The translations under genes and the position numbers were made by a program. This document shows, piece by piece, positions 1-8,996 of a DNA stretch of 64,000 nucleotides (position 1 is its first letter; each line of letters starts with the position of its first letter). The stretch is from an uncultured Butyrivibrio sp. (lineage in GTDB: Bacteria; Bacillota; Clostridia; Lachnospirales; Lachnospiraceae): assembly GCA_964414835.1 (NCBI GenBank), contig CAYPWY010000007.1, positions 12,993 through 76,992 on the forward strand, written 5' to 3'. Below the pieces are notes generated by a model. The model did not search any database. It was not told the origin of the DNA and saw nothing but the letters and a program-made list of their open reading frames with translations.

Positions 1-446
1 CACTGAATCCCTTACCAATATGTTCTGTCATCATAGCTGCCATCCCTGATAAATCAACAGCAATTCCCAATGCATGTTCCATTGAACAATATTGACCCGA
101 CTTAAGCTGCAATGGATTTATTATTCTTGATTATAATACTGCCCGGATGTCCATACTTATGTGACATTTTTAATGTACACAAAAAAGCACAGGCATCCTG
201 AGGGAATCCTGTGTACGAAATCAAGATAATATGTTCTTAAGCGAAATGTAAATGCCCTAAAATATTGTACCCCTTATCCAGCAACAGAAACTTCACCCCA
301 ATTATTTTAATTAAATATATCATATATATAAATATATTTGTCAACAATAAACCTTAGTATATTTCCCCATTGAATTTCACCGGTTGTGCCGCCGCCAGAC
401 AAACAATACTTTCGGATTTGTCTGTTGGATTGTCGTCTGAATAACT

Positions 447-478
447 AAAAAGAGCACCTCATAACAAGATGCTCTTAA
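447..478 (-). terminator. Intrinsic terminator after the signal peptidase gene
   Basis: AAGAGCA...TGCTCTT stem with a T-run on the minus strand, just past the stop at 482. Confidence 0.55.
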
Positions 479-481
479 ATA

Positions 482-1165
482 CTACTTTACAAGCTCAACT
501 TCCGGATAATACTTTAGCCATGCCTTGGCAATTATTTCGCTTTCAGGCACATCCTTGTATGTCCAATTTCTGGCATCATTGGATATTGTCCTGTTATCAC
601 CCATCATAAAATATGAGTCATCCGAAACCTCATAGGGACCAAAATCCGGCATATAAACATCAGAAAGATAAGGTTCGACATAAACAATACCATTAATGTA
701 TAATTTATTTGACTTAATTTCAATTGTATCTCCCGGCATACCTACAATACGCTTTACCAACAGCTCCGGCTCTTCATTCTCATAGCACTTATGTTCAAAA
801 ATAACCACGTCGCCTCTTTCGGGTTCCGAAAAAAGATACGCCATTCTAAAGCCTAAAAGTCTGTCTCCGGCATTAATCGTAGGAACCATGGACTTGGTAG
901 GTACATTGGCATTGATTATCACAAAATTGCTGACTATTACATATATAAGAGCCGCCACGGCAGCTATGATAACATAGCTTAAAAGCTCACGAATGACCGA
1001 TTTGTGGACAGAGGCAGACTTACCACTACCGTCCTGCTCACCCGGAATGCCGTCAGCTCCGACATCTGCAATGGGGTCATCCTCTCCGCCCAGTTCAATC
1101 TCAATCCAGTCAAAATCTATTTCATTATCACCTAACGATATTTCTTCTTGTTCATATCGGCTCAT
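482..1165 (-). CDS. lepB: Signal peptidase I with acidic N-terminal extension
   Basis: One TM segment, then VPTKSMVPT (catalytic Ser), LVKRIVGMPGD (catalytic Lys) and GDNRTISNDAR. Confidence 0.95.
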   Translation of the reverse strand: MSRYEQEEISLGDNEIDFDWIEIELGGEDDPIADVGADGIPGEQDGSGKSASVHKSVIRELLSYVIIAAVAALIYVIVSNFVIINANVPTKSMVPTINAGDRLLGFRMAYLFSEPERGDVVIFEHKCYENEEPELLVKRIVGMPGDTIEIKSNKLYINGIVYVEPYLSDVYMPDFGPYEVSDDSYFMMGDNRTISNDARNWTYKDVPESEIIAKAWLKYYPEVELVK

Positions 1166-1178
1166 TTGAAACCTCTGT

Positions 1179-3182
1179 CTATTTGGTTAAAAGACCCATT
1201 ATCTTATTACTTCTTGCAATGAATGCTGTCATGCGCTCCGGGGCAAGCGGTCCGTGGCTCACCAAAGCCAAATCATACAACTGTTCACAGAACATTGTAA
1301 CATTGTCGCTCTGAGGGTTATCAAGTATATATTTGACAAGACTGTTATTAACATTGAGAACAAGTGTCTCTCCCTGTGCGCCAAACATATCAGGGTCCAT
1401 TCCTGCCATACCGTACATCTTCATCATATCAGCCATTCTCTTTGAATTTTCATCAATAGTTATCATAGATGATATTTCAGCATTTTTAAGTTTTTCAGCC
1501 TTAATCTTCAGAGTATCGTCGTTAAGTGATTTTCTGAAAATTTCCTGAAGCTTATCATTATCATCTTTAAGCGTTTCCTCATTATCATTGCCATCTTCCT
1601 TAAAGGTTGCCGACAAATCAGAGTCAATGCTTAAAAATTTCACATTCTCATTCTTCTGCTCAAGATGCGTTATAAACGGCTGGTCGATATTATGCTTAAG
1701 TATAACGGCATCCAAGCCTTCATCCTTGAACATTTTAATATACTGGCTCTGCTCAATCTCATCCTTAACATAAAATACCGTATTCTCATGCTTTTCCTTA
1801 TTAACCTCAAGGCACTCCGGCAATGTCATATACTTTCCGTCAAGATTTTTAAAGAGAATATAGTCATTCATCTTTTCACAGAATTTGTCGTCCTTAAGGC
1901 ATCCGAACTTAATAAACGGACTTATGTCATCCCAGTATTTCTCATAGCTTTCTTTCTCGGTTTTACACATGCCTGAAAGCTTGTCTGCCACCTTCTTGGT
2001 AATATAATCAGAAATCTTCTTGACAAAACCATCATTCTGCAGTGCGCTTCTGGACACATTGAGAGGAAGGTCAGGACAATCAATTACACCCTTAAGCAGC
2101 ATCAAAAACTCAGGAATTACTTCCTTAATGTTATCAGCTACAAACACCTGATTATTGTAAAGCTTGATTACACCTTCAGTGCTCTCAAATTCTATATTAA
2201 TTTTCGGAAAATAAAGGATACCCTTAAGGTTAAAAGGATAATCCATATTCAGGTGTATCCAGAAAAGCGGCTCCTTGTAGTCATGAAATACTTTCCTGTA
2301 GAAATCCCTGTATTCCTCATCCGTACAGTCATTAGGATGCTTTGTCCAAAGAGGTTTGGTATCGTTAAGTGCAACAGGTCTTTTCTTAATCTTATAACGC
2401 TCAGAAGCTGGCTTAGTCTCAACTGTTTTCTTGTTGCCGTCCTCGTCTTCGATTTCTTCGGTCTCAGCCTCCTCCACAACAGTCTCTATGATTGTATCTG
2501 TCTCAAGAAGCTCATCCTTCTCTATCATCTCTGTTTTCTCTTCTGTATCATCGGCATTGTTAAGATAAATTTCGTAAGGCATAAAAGAGCAGTATTTCTC
2601 AATTACTTCCCTTGCTCTGTACTCATTGGCAAATTCGGTGCAGTCATCATTTAAGAAAAGTGTGATTCTGGTTCCCACATCACTCTTATCTCCATCCGCC
2701 ATGTCATACTCTGTTCCGCCGTCACATTCCCAGTGAACAGGAACCGCATCCTCCTTATATGACAGAGTGTCAATAGCAACACGCTCTGCAACCATAAATG
2801 CAGAATAGAAGCCAAGACCGAAATGTCCTATAATCTGGTCTTCATTGGCCTTGTCCTTATATTTCTCCAAAAATGCCTCTGCACCGGAGAAGGCTATCTG
2901 ATTAATATATTCGTTGACCTCTTTTGCAGTCATTCCAAGCCCGTTATCAGTAAAAGTTATTGTCTTATCCTTAGAGCTTACCTCTACCTTAATTACAGGC
3001 TTAACATCTTCGGGAATATCATACTCTCCCATCATATCAAGCTTCTTAAGCTTAGTGATTGCATCACAGCCGTTAGATATTAACTCCCTGAAAAAAATAT
3101 CGTGGTCCGAATACATCCACTTCTTAATTATAGGGAATATATTCTCACTGTTAATTGATAAATTTCCATGTTCCTGTGCCAT
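1179..3182 (-). CDS. htpG: Hsp90 chaperone HtpG
   Basis: IFFRELISNGCDA, DNGLGMT, IGHFGLGFYSAFMVA and LPLNVSRSALQ motifs. Confidence 0.97.
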   Translation of the reverse strand: MAQEHGNLSINSENIFPIIKKWMYSDHDIFFRELISNGCDAITKLKKLDMMGEYDIPEDVKPVIKVEVSSKDKTITFTDNGLGMTAKEVNEYINQIAFSGAEAFLEKYKDKANEDQIIGHFGLGFYSAFMVAERVAIDTLSYKEDAVPVHWECDGGTEYDMADGDKSDVGTRITLFLNDDCTEFANEYRAREVIEKYCSFMPYEIYLNNADDTEEKTEMIEKDELLETDTIIETVVEEAETEEIEDEDGNKKTVETKPASERYKIKKRPVALNDTKPLWTKHPNDCTDEEYRDFYRKVFHDYKEPLFWIHLNMDYPFNLKGILYFPKINIEFESTEGVIKLYNNQVFVADNIKEVIPEFLMLLKGVIDCPDLPLNVSRSALQNDGFVKKISDYITKKVADKLSGMCKTEKESYEKYWDDISPFIKFGCLKDDKFCEKMNDYILFKNLDGKYMTLPECLEVNKEKHENTVFYVKDEIEQSQYIKMFKDEGLDAVILKHNIDQPFITHLEQKNENVKFLSIDSDLSATFKEDGNDNEETLKDDNDKLQEIFRKSLNDDTLKIKAEKLKNAEISSMITIDENSKRMADMMKMYGMAGMDPDMFGAQGETLVLNVNNSLVKYILDNPQSDNVTMFCEQLYDLALVSHGPLAPERMTAFIARSNKIMGLLTK

Positions 3183-3223
3183 TTAAAATCACTCCTTCAA
3201 TGTAAAAAATCTTTCTGAAGAAT

Positions 3224-3252
3224 ATAGTAATACTAAAAAATCAGAAAGTCAA
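3224..3252 (-). promoter_or_regulatory. SigA-type promoter of htpG
   Basis: Minus strand TTGACT-N17-TACTAT. Confidence 0.6.
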
Positions 3253-3259
3253 GAGAAAA

Positions 3260-3286
3260 TTAGCACTCAATGTTATTGAGTGCTAA
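3260..3286. promoter_or_regulatory. CIRCE element (HrcA operator) upstream of htpG
   Basis: Perfect TTAGCACTC-N9-GAGTGCTAA. Confidence 0.95.
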
Positions 3287-4322
3287 CAAAAATATCTTCA
3301 TATATATCATACAGCCGCCCACTGCCGGATTTAACCTCATCCATAGGTACTTTGTTCCAAAAGCCTTGGTTAAATTCAGCGCTGACTCCATCAGTAAACT
3401 CCCCATAATAACCCGAAAAGCTTTCCATTCTTCTGGAAAATATTATCTCCCTGCTCTGCTTATCATAATCACTTTCCACATTATCATTGGTACACTTAAT
3501 GATGTAATAACCAATATCGGTCTCCACCACATCACTGACAGTTCCCATTTCCAGTGCAAACGCTGCATCCTCAAACTGTTTCTGGTATTCTCCTCTTCCA
3601 AATTCCAGAGTATAACAGCTGTCATCACTGTTGTCTTTGGCAAGTGTTACAAAGTCACTGCCATTTATAATCTGTTCCAAAAGCGACTGCGCAAGCTTTT
3701 CTTTGCTCTTTTTCTCTGTCTGTGAAACACTTACCGGATTATTATCCTCATCATAGCTTACTGTTGACAGAAAAATATATTGAACATTAATAATTCTTGC
3801 CTCATCAGTGCTTACCTCAGTATCTATATCATCTGTCACCGAATAAAATACTTTTTCGGCAAGCCTGAGCATTCCATAATACTCTTCAACCGTATCACAG
3901 TCAATAACGCCTTCTTCCACAGTGTCAGCCGGAAGCTCCGAACAATAAAGCGCCGCCGCCTCTTTTATTTTTTGGGTTTCATTTTCCGTAAGGCTTACTC
4001 CGGCATCAGCCGCCATTTGATTAAGACACATAACCTGTTCTATTGTGTCACGCACTGAATTTTTTACATATTCTTCAGCTGTCACACTTCCGATAGGCTC
4101 ACTCCATACATTAGCATCAAAAATATTTTCGTAGGAATACTTAAATTCTCCCAACAAAAGCATGGCGATTGACATATCCACCTTCTCGCCGTTAATTTTG
4201 GCAAAAGTGCTTTTCCCAAGCCCTGTGGTAAATTTAACTCTGCCGCATCCGGTCATCATAATGAAAGATAATATCAATATTATACATACACATATATTAC
4301 GAAATCTTCTATGCCTCAACAT
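3273..4322 (-). CDS. PrsA/SurA-like parvulin peptidyl-prolyl isomerase lipoprotein
   Basis: Start moved to MLRHRR; lipobox MMTG-C; rotamase motifs FVTLAKDNSDD, FEDAAFAL, VSDVVETDIGYYIIK. Confidence 0.85.
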   Translation of the reverse strand: MLRHRRFRNICVCIILILSFIMMTGCGRVKFTTGLGKSTFAKINGEKVDMSIAMLLLGEFKYSYENIFDANVWSEPIGSVTAEEYVKNSVRDTIEQVMCLNQMAADAGVSLTENETQKIKEAAALYCSELPADTVEEGVIDCDTVEEYYGMLRLAEKVFYSVTDDIDTEVSTDEARIINVQYIFLSTVSYDEDNNPVSVSQTEKKSKEKLAQSLLEQIINGSDFVTLAKDNSDDSCYTLEFGRGEYQKQFEDAAFALEMGTVSDVVETDIGYYIIKCTNDNVESDYDKQSREIIFSRRMESFSGYYGEFTDGVSAEFNQGFWNKVPMDEVKSGSGRLYDIYEDIFVSTQ

Positions 4323-4566
4323 ACAGATACCTTCCGTCAGGCAGCAAAAATACCTCCAGCGCCTCACTGACATCATCATATTCTGTGATGTCCACGCCCT
4401 CATCCTTCATAAATTCAAGCAGTTCTGCCTTGTCATCGAAAACCTCCGCCATACAATCCACCAGAAATTTCTGCGCCTCATCAATGCTTGCCGCAACAGG
4501 CTTCGGAAACAGCTGCTCCTGATTCTCATAAAATGCTTCCGCACATATGCTGTCAATTTCACTCAT
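4309..4566 (-). CDS. Small acidic hypothetical protein
   Basis: 85 aa, AGGAGG RBS, 3' end overlaps the PPIase start. Confidence 0.75.
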   Translation of the reverse strand: MSEIDSICAEAFYENQEQLFPKPVAASIDEAQKFLVDCMAEVFDDKAELLEFMKDEGVDITEYDDVSEALEVFLLPDGRYLYVEA

Positions 4567-4622
4567 ATTATTTTATCCTCCTAACACATAAACACCACTG
4601 CACATAAATCGGTTTATACAAA

Positions 4623-5201
4623 TTAAAGCAATTTAATCTCATGCATAAGCCGGGCCACCGGCAGCCCTACCACATTATTATAATCCCCGTCAATGCCTTT
4701 GACGTACTGCGCAAACCTGCCCTGTATCCCATAGGCTCCTGCCTTATCCATACTCTCTCCCCATGCAATATATCCGGCGATTTCCGGCCGGCTCATAGGA
4801 TACACATAAACCTTTGTCTCCTCAACAAAGCTGACAGTTCTGTCACCGTATATAAGTGTCACACCCGTAAGCACACTGTGGCTTTTTCCCTGTATGCCTT
4901 CAATCATCTGAAAAGCTTCTGACTCGCTTTGGGGCTTGCCCAAAATTCTTCCATCCGATACAACTATAGTGTCAGCACCTATAACAAGGCACGGCCTGTC
5001 ACTTTGTTTATTAAGCTTAAGGACTACATCCTGTGCTTTATCACGTGAAAGCTGCCTTACAATCTCCTGCGGTTCACTGCCGCATATGATTTCTTCACAT
5101 GTTGACGGCAAAACCACAAAATGTATACCTACCTGCTCCAAAATCTGTCTGCGTCTTGGAGATGCAGAGGCAAGAACTATATCCACATTATTAATATCCA
5201 T
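4623..5201 (-). CDS. maf: Maf/YhdE nucleoside triphosphate pyrophosphatase
   Basis: VLASASPRRRQIL, IGADTIV, GKP and DKAGAYGIQG motifs. Confidence 0.95.
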   Translation of the reverse strand: MDINNVDIVLASASPRRRQILEQVGIHFVVLPSTCEEIICGSEPQEIVRQLSRDKAQDVVLKLNKQSDRPCLVIGADTIVVSDGRILGKPQSESEAFQMIEGIQGKSHSVLTGVTLIYGDRTVSFVEETKVYVYPMSRPEIAGYIAWGESMDKAGAYGIQGRFAQYVKGIDGDYNNVVGLPVARLMHEIKLL

Positions 5202-5270
5202 CACATGCTCCTGATTTAATAAATTCAAACACATTTATTGTATCAGACAGCCGTAAGTTTTACAACAATT

Positions 5271-5729
5271 TTATACTACCCGTGATGTATCTATATCCGT
5301 CACATCAATTCCCCTGTTCTCAACAGGGGTGGAAAAGACTATCTGCGTACTGGTTCTTCCGAATTTCTGAAGTCTTCCTATAAAAGAATCAAGAACCATA
5401 GTATCAGGAAAAGCAACCTTAATAAGCATTGAAAAATCTCCTGTTACACAGTTACACTCAATAACATTAGGACATTCCTTAATAAACGGATAAAATTCTG
5501 CCTTCTGGGCAGGTATTATCTCAAGATTTATAAATGCCGTGATATAATATCCCAGTTTTGACTGATTTATTTTGGCAGAATAGCCCGTTATAATATTTTC
5601 CTTTTCAAGCCGCTCAATTCTCGCCGACACTGCCGGAGATGACAAAAAAACATTTTCCGCCAAAGTCTTAAGCGGCGTTCTGGCATTCTGCTGTAAAAGC
5701 GTTATTATTTTCTTATCGATTTCATCCAT
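5271..5729 (-). CDS. Lrp/AsnC family transcriptional regulator
   Basis: MDEIDKKIITLLQQNARTP HTH and C-terminal ECNCVTGD; GGAGG RBS before 5729. Confidence 0.93.
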   Translation of the reverse strand: MDEIDKKIITLLQQNARTPLKTLAENVFLSSPAVSARIERLEKENIITGYSAKINQSKLGYYITAFINLEIIPAQKAEFYPFIKECPNVIECNCVTGDFSMLIKVAFPDTMVLDSFIGRLQKFGRTSTQIVFSTPVENRGIDVTDIDTSRVV

Positions 5730-5783
5730 AATGGTACCTCCTGTAAACATCTGGAAAACCCATGAAATTTCCCATAATACAAT

Positions 5784-5838
5784 AAAAAGACACCTACTGC
5801 AATTCCAGTAGCTGTCTCCATTGACATGTCATCTTAAC
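5784..5838 (-). promoter_or_regulatory. Leader terminator overlapped by an ANTAR-like hexaloop hairpin
   Basis: Terminator AGACAGCTACTG/CAGTAGGTGTCT-TTTT; TGTC-AATGGA-GACA hairpin overlaps its 5' arm. Confidence 0.5.
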
Positions 5839-6020
5839 TTATTTAACATAATACATTAAAAAAATTAGAAAATCAAGCAGTTTTTTAATTTTTTTAAGTT
5901 AAAAGCTGGAAAAACTTTGTCAGATACCGTTCCGGCTGAATTTTGATTATTTTATAATTGATATAATATGCCTTTTCTGTTAATATTAACATATAAATCT
6001 CAGTGCGAAAGGAGTTTTTT

Positions 6021-6332
6021 ATGAGCACATACAACGATTATGATGAGGATACCGTAACACTTACCTTTGATGATGATAAAGAGGTGGAATGCAGCATAGT
6101 TGCAATATATCCTGCCAAGGATAAAGAGTATATTGCGCTTCTTCCGCTTGGAGGTCAGGAGGAGGAAAACGGCGAGGTATATATTTACCGCTATTCCGAG
6201 GAGGAAAACGGCGAGCCGTCCCTTGAGAATATTGAAGATGACGATGAATACGAAATTGCCGCTGATGCTTTCGATGAAATGCTGGACAATGAAGAACTTG
6301 ATGAAATTCTTGATGATGAGGACGAGGAATAA
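6021..6332 (+). CDS. DUF1292 family acidic protein
   Basis: VTLTFDDDKEVEC, KEYIALLP, VYIYRY, LENIEDDDEYE pattern; AAGGAG RBS. Confidence 0.85.
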   Translation: MSTYNDYDEDTVTLTFDDDKEVECSIVAIYPAKDKEYIALLPLGGQEEENGEVYIYRYSEEENGEPSLENIEDDDEYEIAADAFDEMLDNEELDEILDDEDEE

Positions 6333-6397
6333 TCCCCGTCCCTTTTTATTTTATAGTACTATTATTGTACAATTTCGGTATTTGGGTATGTTCCCAG

Positions 6398-6614
6398 TCA
6401 GCATATTCCATCAGTTTCATCAATTCTATCTGTGATAATTTTAATTTTACCATTAAGGCGTTCCAATGCGGCTGTCTGCTCCATCGAGCCATCATGCAGT
6501 TTTTTGCAGTTATATTATTGGTAATCATTAAAATAGTCAATACAACGCCCAATGTAATTGAAATGAATGTTACATAAAAACAATTATTTATTTGATGTTG
6601 CGTTTCTTTTTCAT
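6398..6614 (-). pseudogene. Probable methyl-accepting chemotaxis protein remnant
   Basis: GGAGG RBS then MKKKRNIK*; shifted-frame TM segment FISITLGVVLTILMI; then DGSMEQTAALERLNGKIKIITDRIDET resembling an MCP methylation helix. Confidence 0.45.
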
Positions 6615-6639
6615 GGTTCATCCTCCCTCGCTGATTATA

Positions 6640-8178
6640 CTATCTTTCCGTATTGGCTCTCACAGCCTCAAATTCTTCCAAGATTTCTTTGTCCGGTGAT
6701 TTGGTAACAAGACTGACAACTATGGTCATAATCAACGAAACCAGAAATGCCGGAAGAAGCTCATAAAAGTCAAGCACTCCTCCCATTGGCCGGACAAGAT
6801 ATTTCCAGACAAAAACCATTATGCCTCCTGAAACCATTCCTGCCAATGCTCCCCACTTATTGCTTCGTTTCCAGAATAATGCACAGAGCATTACTGCACC
6901 GAAGGCTCCGCCGAAGCCTGCCCATGCAAAGGAAACTATGTTAAATACGCTTGAATTAGGATTTATTGCAATACATATGCCCACTGCACTTATTATGACA
7001 ATTGTAATTCTGGCAATTATAAGACTCTTTTTCTCAGAAAGCTTTACCCTAAAAAAGTCCTGCACAATGTTCTGTGATACGCTTGATGCCGCTGCAAGCA
7101 TCTGGCTGTCTGCCGTTGACATTGTTGCTGCGAGAATACCGGCAAGAATCACTCCTGCAATTATTGCAAAAAATACTCCGTTTTGGCTTATAAGTCCTGC
7201 AATCTTAACTATTACCGTTTCACTGTCACTTCCTTTTAAGGCATCAAGAACACCTGCATCTGTCATTCCAAGACCTACAACACCGATAAGAATTGAAACC
7301 GACATTGCAATTACTGCCCATATTGAAGCTATTCTTCTGGAAAATACAAGTTTTTTCTCGTCGCCTATAGCCATAAATCTTAAAAGAATATGCGGCATTC
7401 CAAAATATCCAAGACCCCATGCCAATGTAGAAAAAATCTTCAAAATTCCGTAATCCGACGAGCCGCCGGTCTTGGCATTATGAATTGCATTCATTTTCAA
7501 ATATCCGGGAAGTGACTTTGCATTGTCCATAACAGCGTCAAAGCCGCCAGCTTTACTTACACCGAATGTGACTACAACAATAAGGGCAACAGTCATAACA
7601 CAGCTTTGAATCAGGTCTGTTGTTGAGACTGCCCGAAAGCCTCCCATAATCGTATATCCCACAATTACAAGAGCCGATATTACCATTGCCGCAATATAGT
7701 CCACGCCAAACAAACTGCTAAACAGTTTTCCGCAGGCTGCAAAGCCCGATGCTGTATACGGGATAAAGAAAATAATAATAACCAATGCTGAAATGGCATT
7801 CAACAGGTTACTCTTATCATGAAATCTTTTTGAAAAGAAATCAGGAATGGTAATCGCCTTAATATTGGCGGAATATCTGCGCAGACGACGCGCAACAAAA
7901 AACCAGTTAAACCATGTTCCCAATGCAAGTCCGATTGCCGTCCATGCGGCATCACATATCCCTGAAAGATATGCAACTCCCGGCAGCCCCATCAAAAGCC
8001 AGCTTGACATATCGCTTGCTTCTGCACTCATGGCAGTGACTAACGGACCAAGTTTTCTTCCTCCCAAATAGAAATCTTCACTGTTCTTATTGTTTTTACT
8101 GAAAACAAAGCCAACCGCTAACATTGCTGCCAAATAAACAGCTATGGCTATAATTATAAAAATGTTTTCCGCAGACAT
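6640..8178 (-). CDS. putP: Sodium/proline symporter (SSS family)
   Basis: DFYLGGRKLGP, SAEASDMSSWLLMGLPG, GYFGMPHILLRFMAI; many TM helices. Confidence 0.92.
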   Translation of the reverse strand: MSAENIFIIIAIAVYLAAMLAVGFVFSKNNKNSEDFYLGGRKLGPLVTAMSAEASDMSSWLLMGLPGVAYLSGICDAAWTAIGLALGTWFNWFFVARRLRRYSANIKAITIPDFFSKRFHDKSNLLNAISALVIIIFFIPYTASGFAACGKLFSSLFGVDYIAAMVISALVIVGYTIMGGFRAVSTTDLIQSCVMTVALIVVVTFGVSKAGGFDAVMDNAKSLPGYLKMNAIHNAKTGGSSDYGILKIFSTLAWGLGYFGMPHILLRFMAIGDEKKLVFSRRIASIWAVIAMSVSILIGVVGLGMTDAGVLDALKGSDSETVIVKIAGLISQNGVFFAIIAGVILAGILAATMSTADSQMLAAASSVSQNIVQDFFRVKLSEKKSLIIARITIVIISAVGICIAINPNSSVFNIVSFAWAGFGGAFGAVMLCALFWKRSNKWGALAGMVSGGIMVFVWKYLVRPMGGVLDFYELLPAFLVSLIMTIVVSLVTKSPDKEILEEFEAVRANTER

Positions 8179-8334
8179 ATTTTCTCCTCCATTAGTAAAA
8201 TATCAAAAAACGGTCATTGTTACATTTTAACAGACTTACAAGCCAGCCGCAACCATTTTTGTGGGACATATAAAAAAATAATACAATAATAAAATATGCC
8301 CGGCGGCATTTTTTATAAAATTAGCGGCATTTTT

Positions 8335-8877
8335 TTAGCCAAGCATCGCCTGAAGCAGAAAAACATGATATTCCTCATCTTTAATAATCCTTGCCAGCAC
8401 TGCATTGACATAACTGTCGGAAATCATCCTCATATGCATTCTATATTGCTTTATGGCTGCTTTTTCAGACTCTATATCTGCCATTATCATTTTTCTTATG
8501 TCAGCGGGCGTAGTAATAAACTGAGGCGTCCACATCTGTTGTATTCCGTTGCGGTGTTTTGCCGTAAAATCAATATTACCGCCCAGCAGAAAAATCAGTT
8601 CGCCTAACTTCTGCAAATGTATCATCTCTGCAATAGCGATTCCCAAAATCGTCACAGCCATGGGACATTTCTCAGATGACATCCTGTTCTCATTGTTGAT
8701 ATACTGTGTGATTGCGGACAGCTCGGACACCGAACCGCAATAATCAACACTTAGCAGATTGGCATAATCACGGTTTTTCTGTTCTACCGCAATGGCCGGA
8801 TAAGGCAAATCCACCATTATAGGCTTTACATTGGAAAAATTGCATGTATTGGTCAAAGGCGCGGTCTTTTCTTCCAT
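8335..8877 (-). CDS. Ferritin-like (rubrerythrin/Mn-catalase/CotJC-like) protein
   Basis: SELSAITQY, IAIAEMIHLQKL, EKAAIKQY and DEEYH diiron-type ligand motifs. Confidence 0.8.
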   Translation of the reverse strand: MEEKTAPLTNTCNFSNVKPIMVDLPYPAIAVEQKNRDYANLLSVDYCGSVSELSAITQYINNENRMSSEKCPMAVTILGIAIAEMIHLQKLGELIFLLGGNIDFTAKHRNGIQQMWTPQFITTPADIRKMIMADIESEKAAIKQYRMHMRMISDSYVNAVLARIIKDEEYHVFLLQAMLG

Positions 8878-8996
8878 AAACAAAATCACCTTCCAATATA
8901 ACTTAGTATTATTATATCGGAAGATGATTACTTTGTGCATCAAAAACCTTGTACAGTTTCTGATTTACTGATTTTATTCAAGTTGATTCTATTTGA

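Noticed and set aside
1-170. Partial minus-strand ORF MEHALGIAVDLSG... running off the window edge
   Set aside because: No RBS and no recognisable family; too little sequence
8207-8221. ATGACCGTTT in the putP promoter, identical to one LytTR repeat, and an AAC-AATGACC-GTT ANTAR-like loop
   Set aside because: Single copy located downstream of the -10, and a 7-nt loop; likely chance
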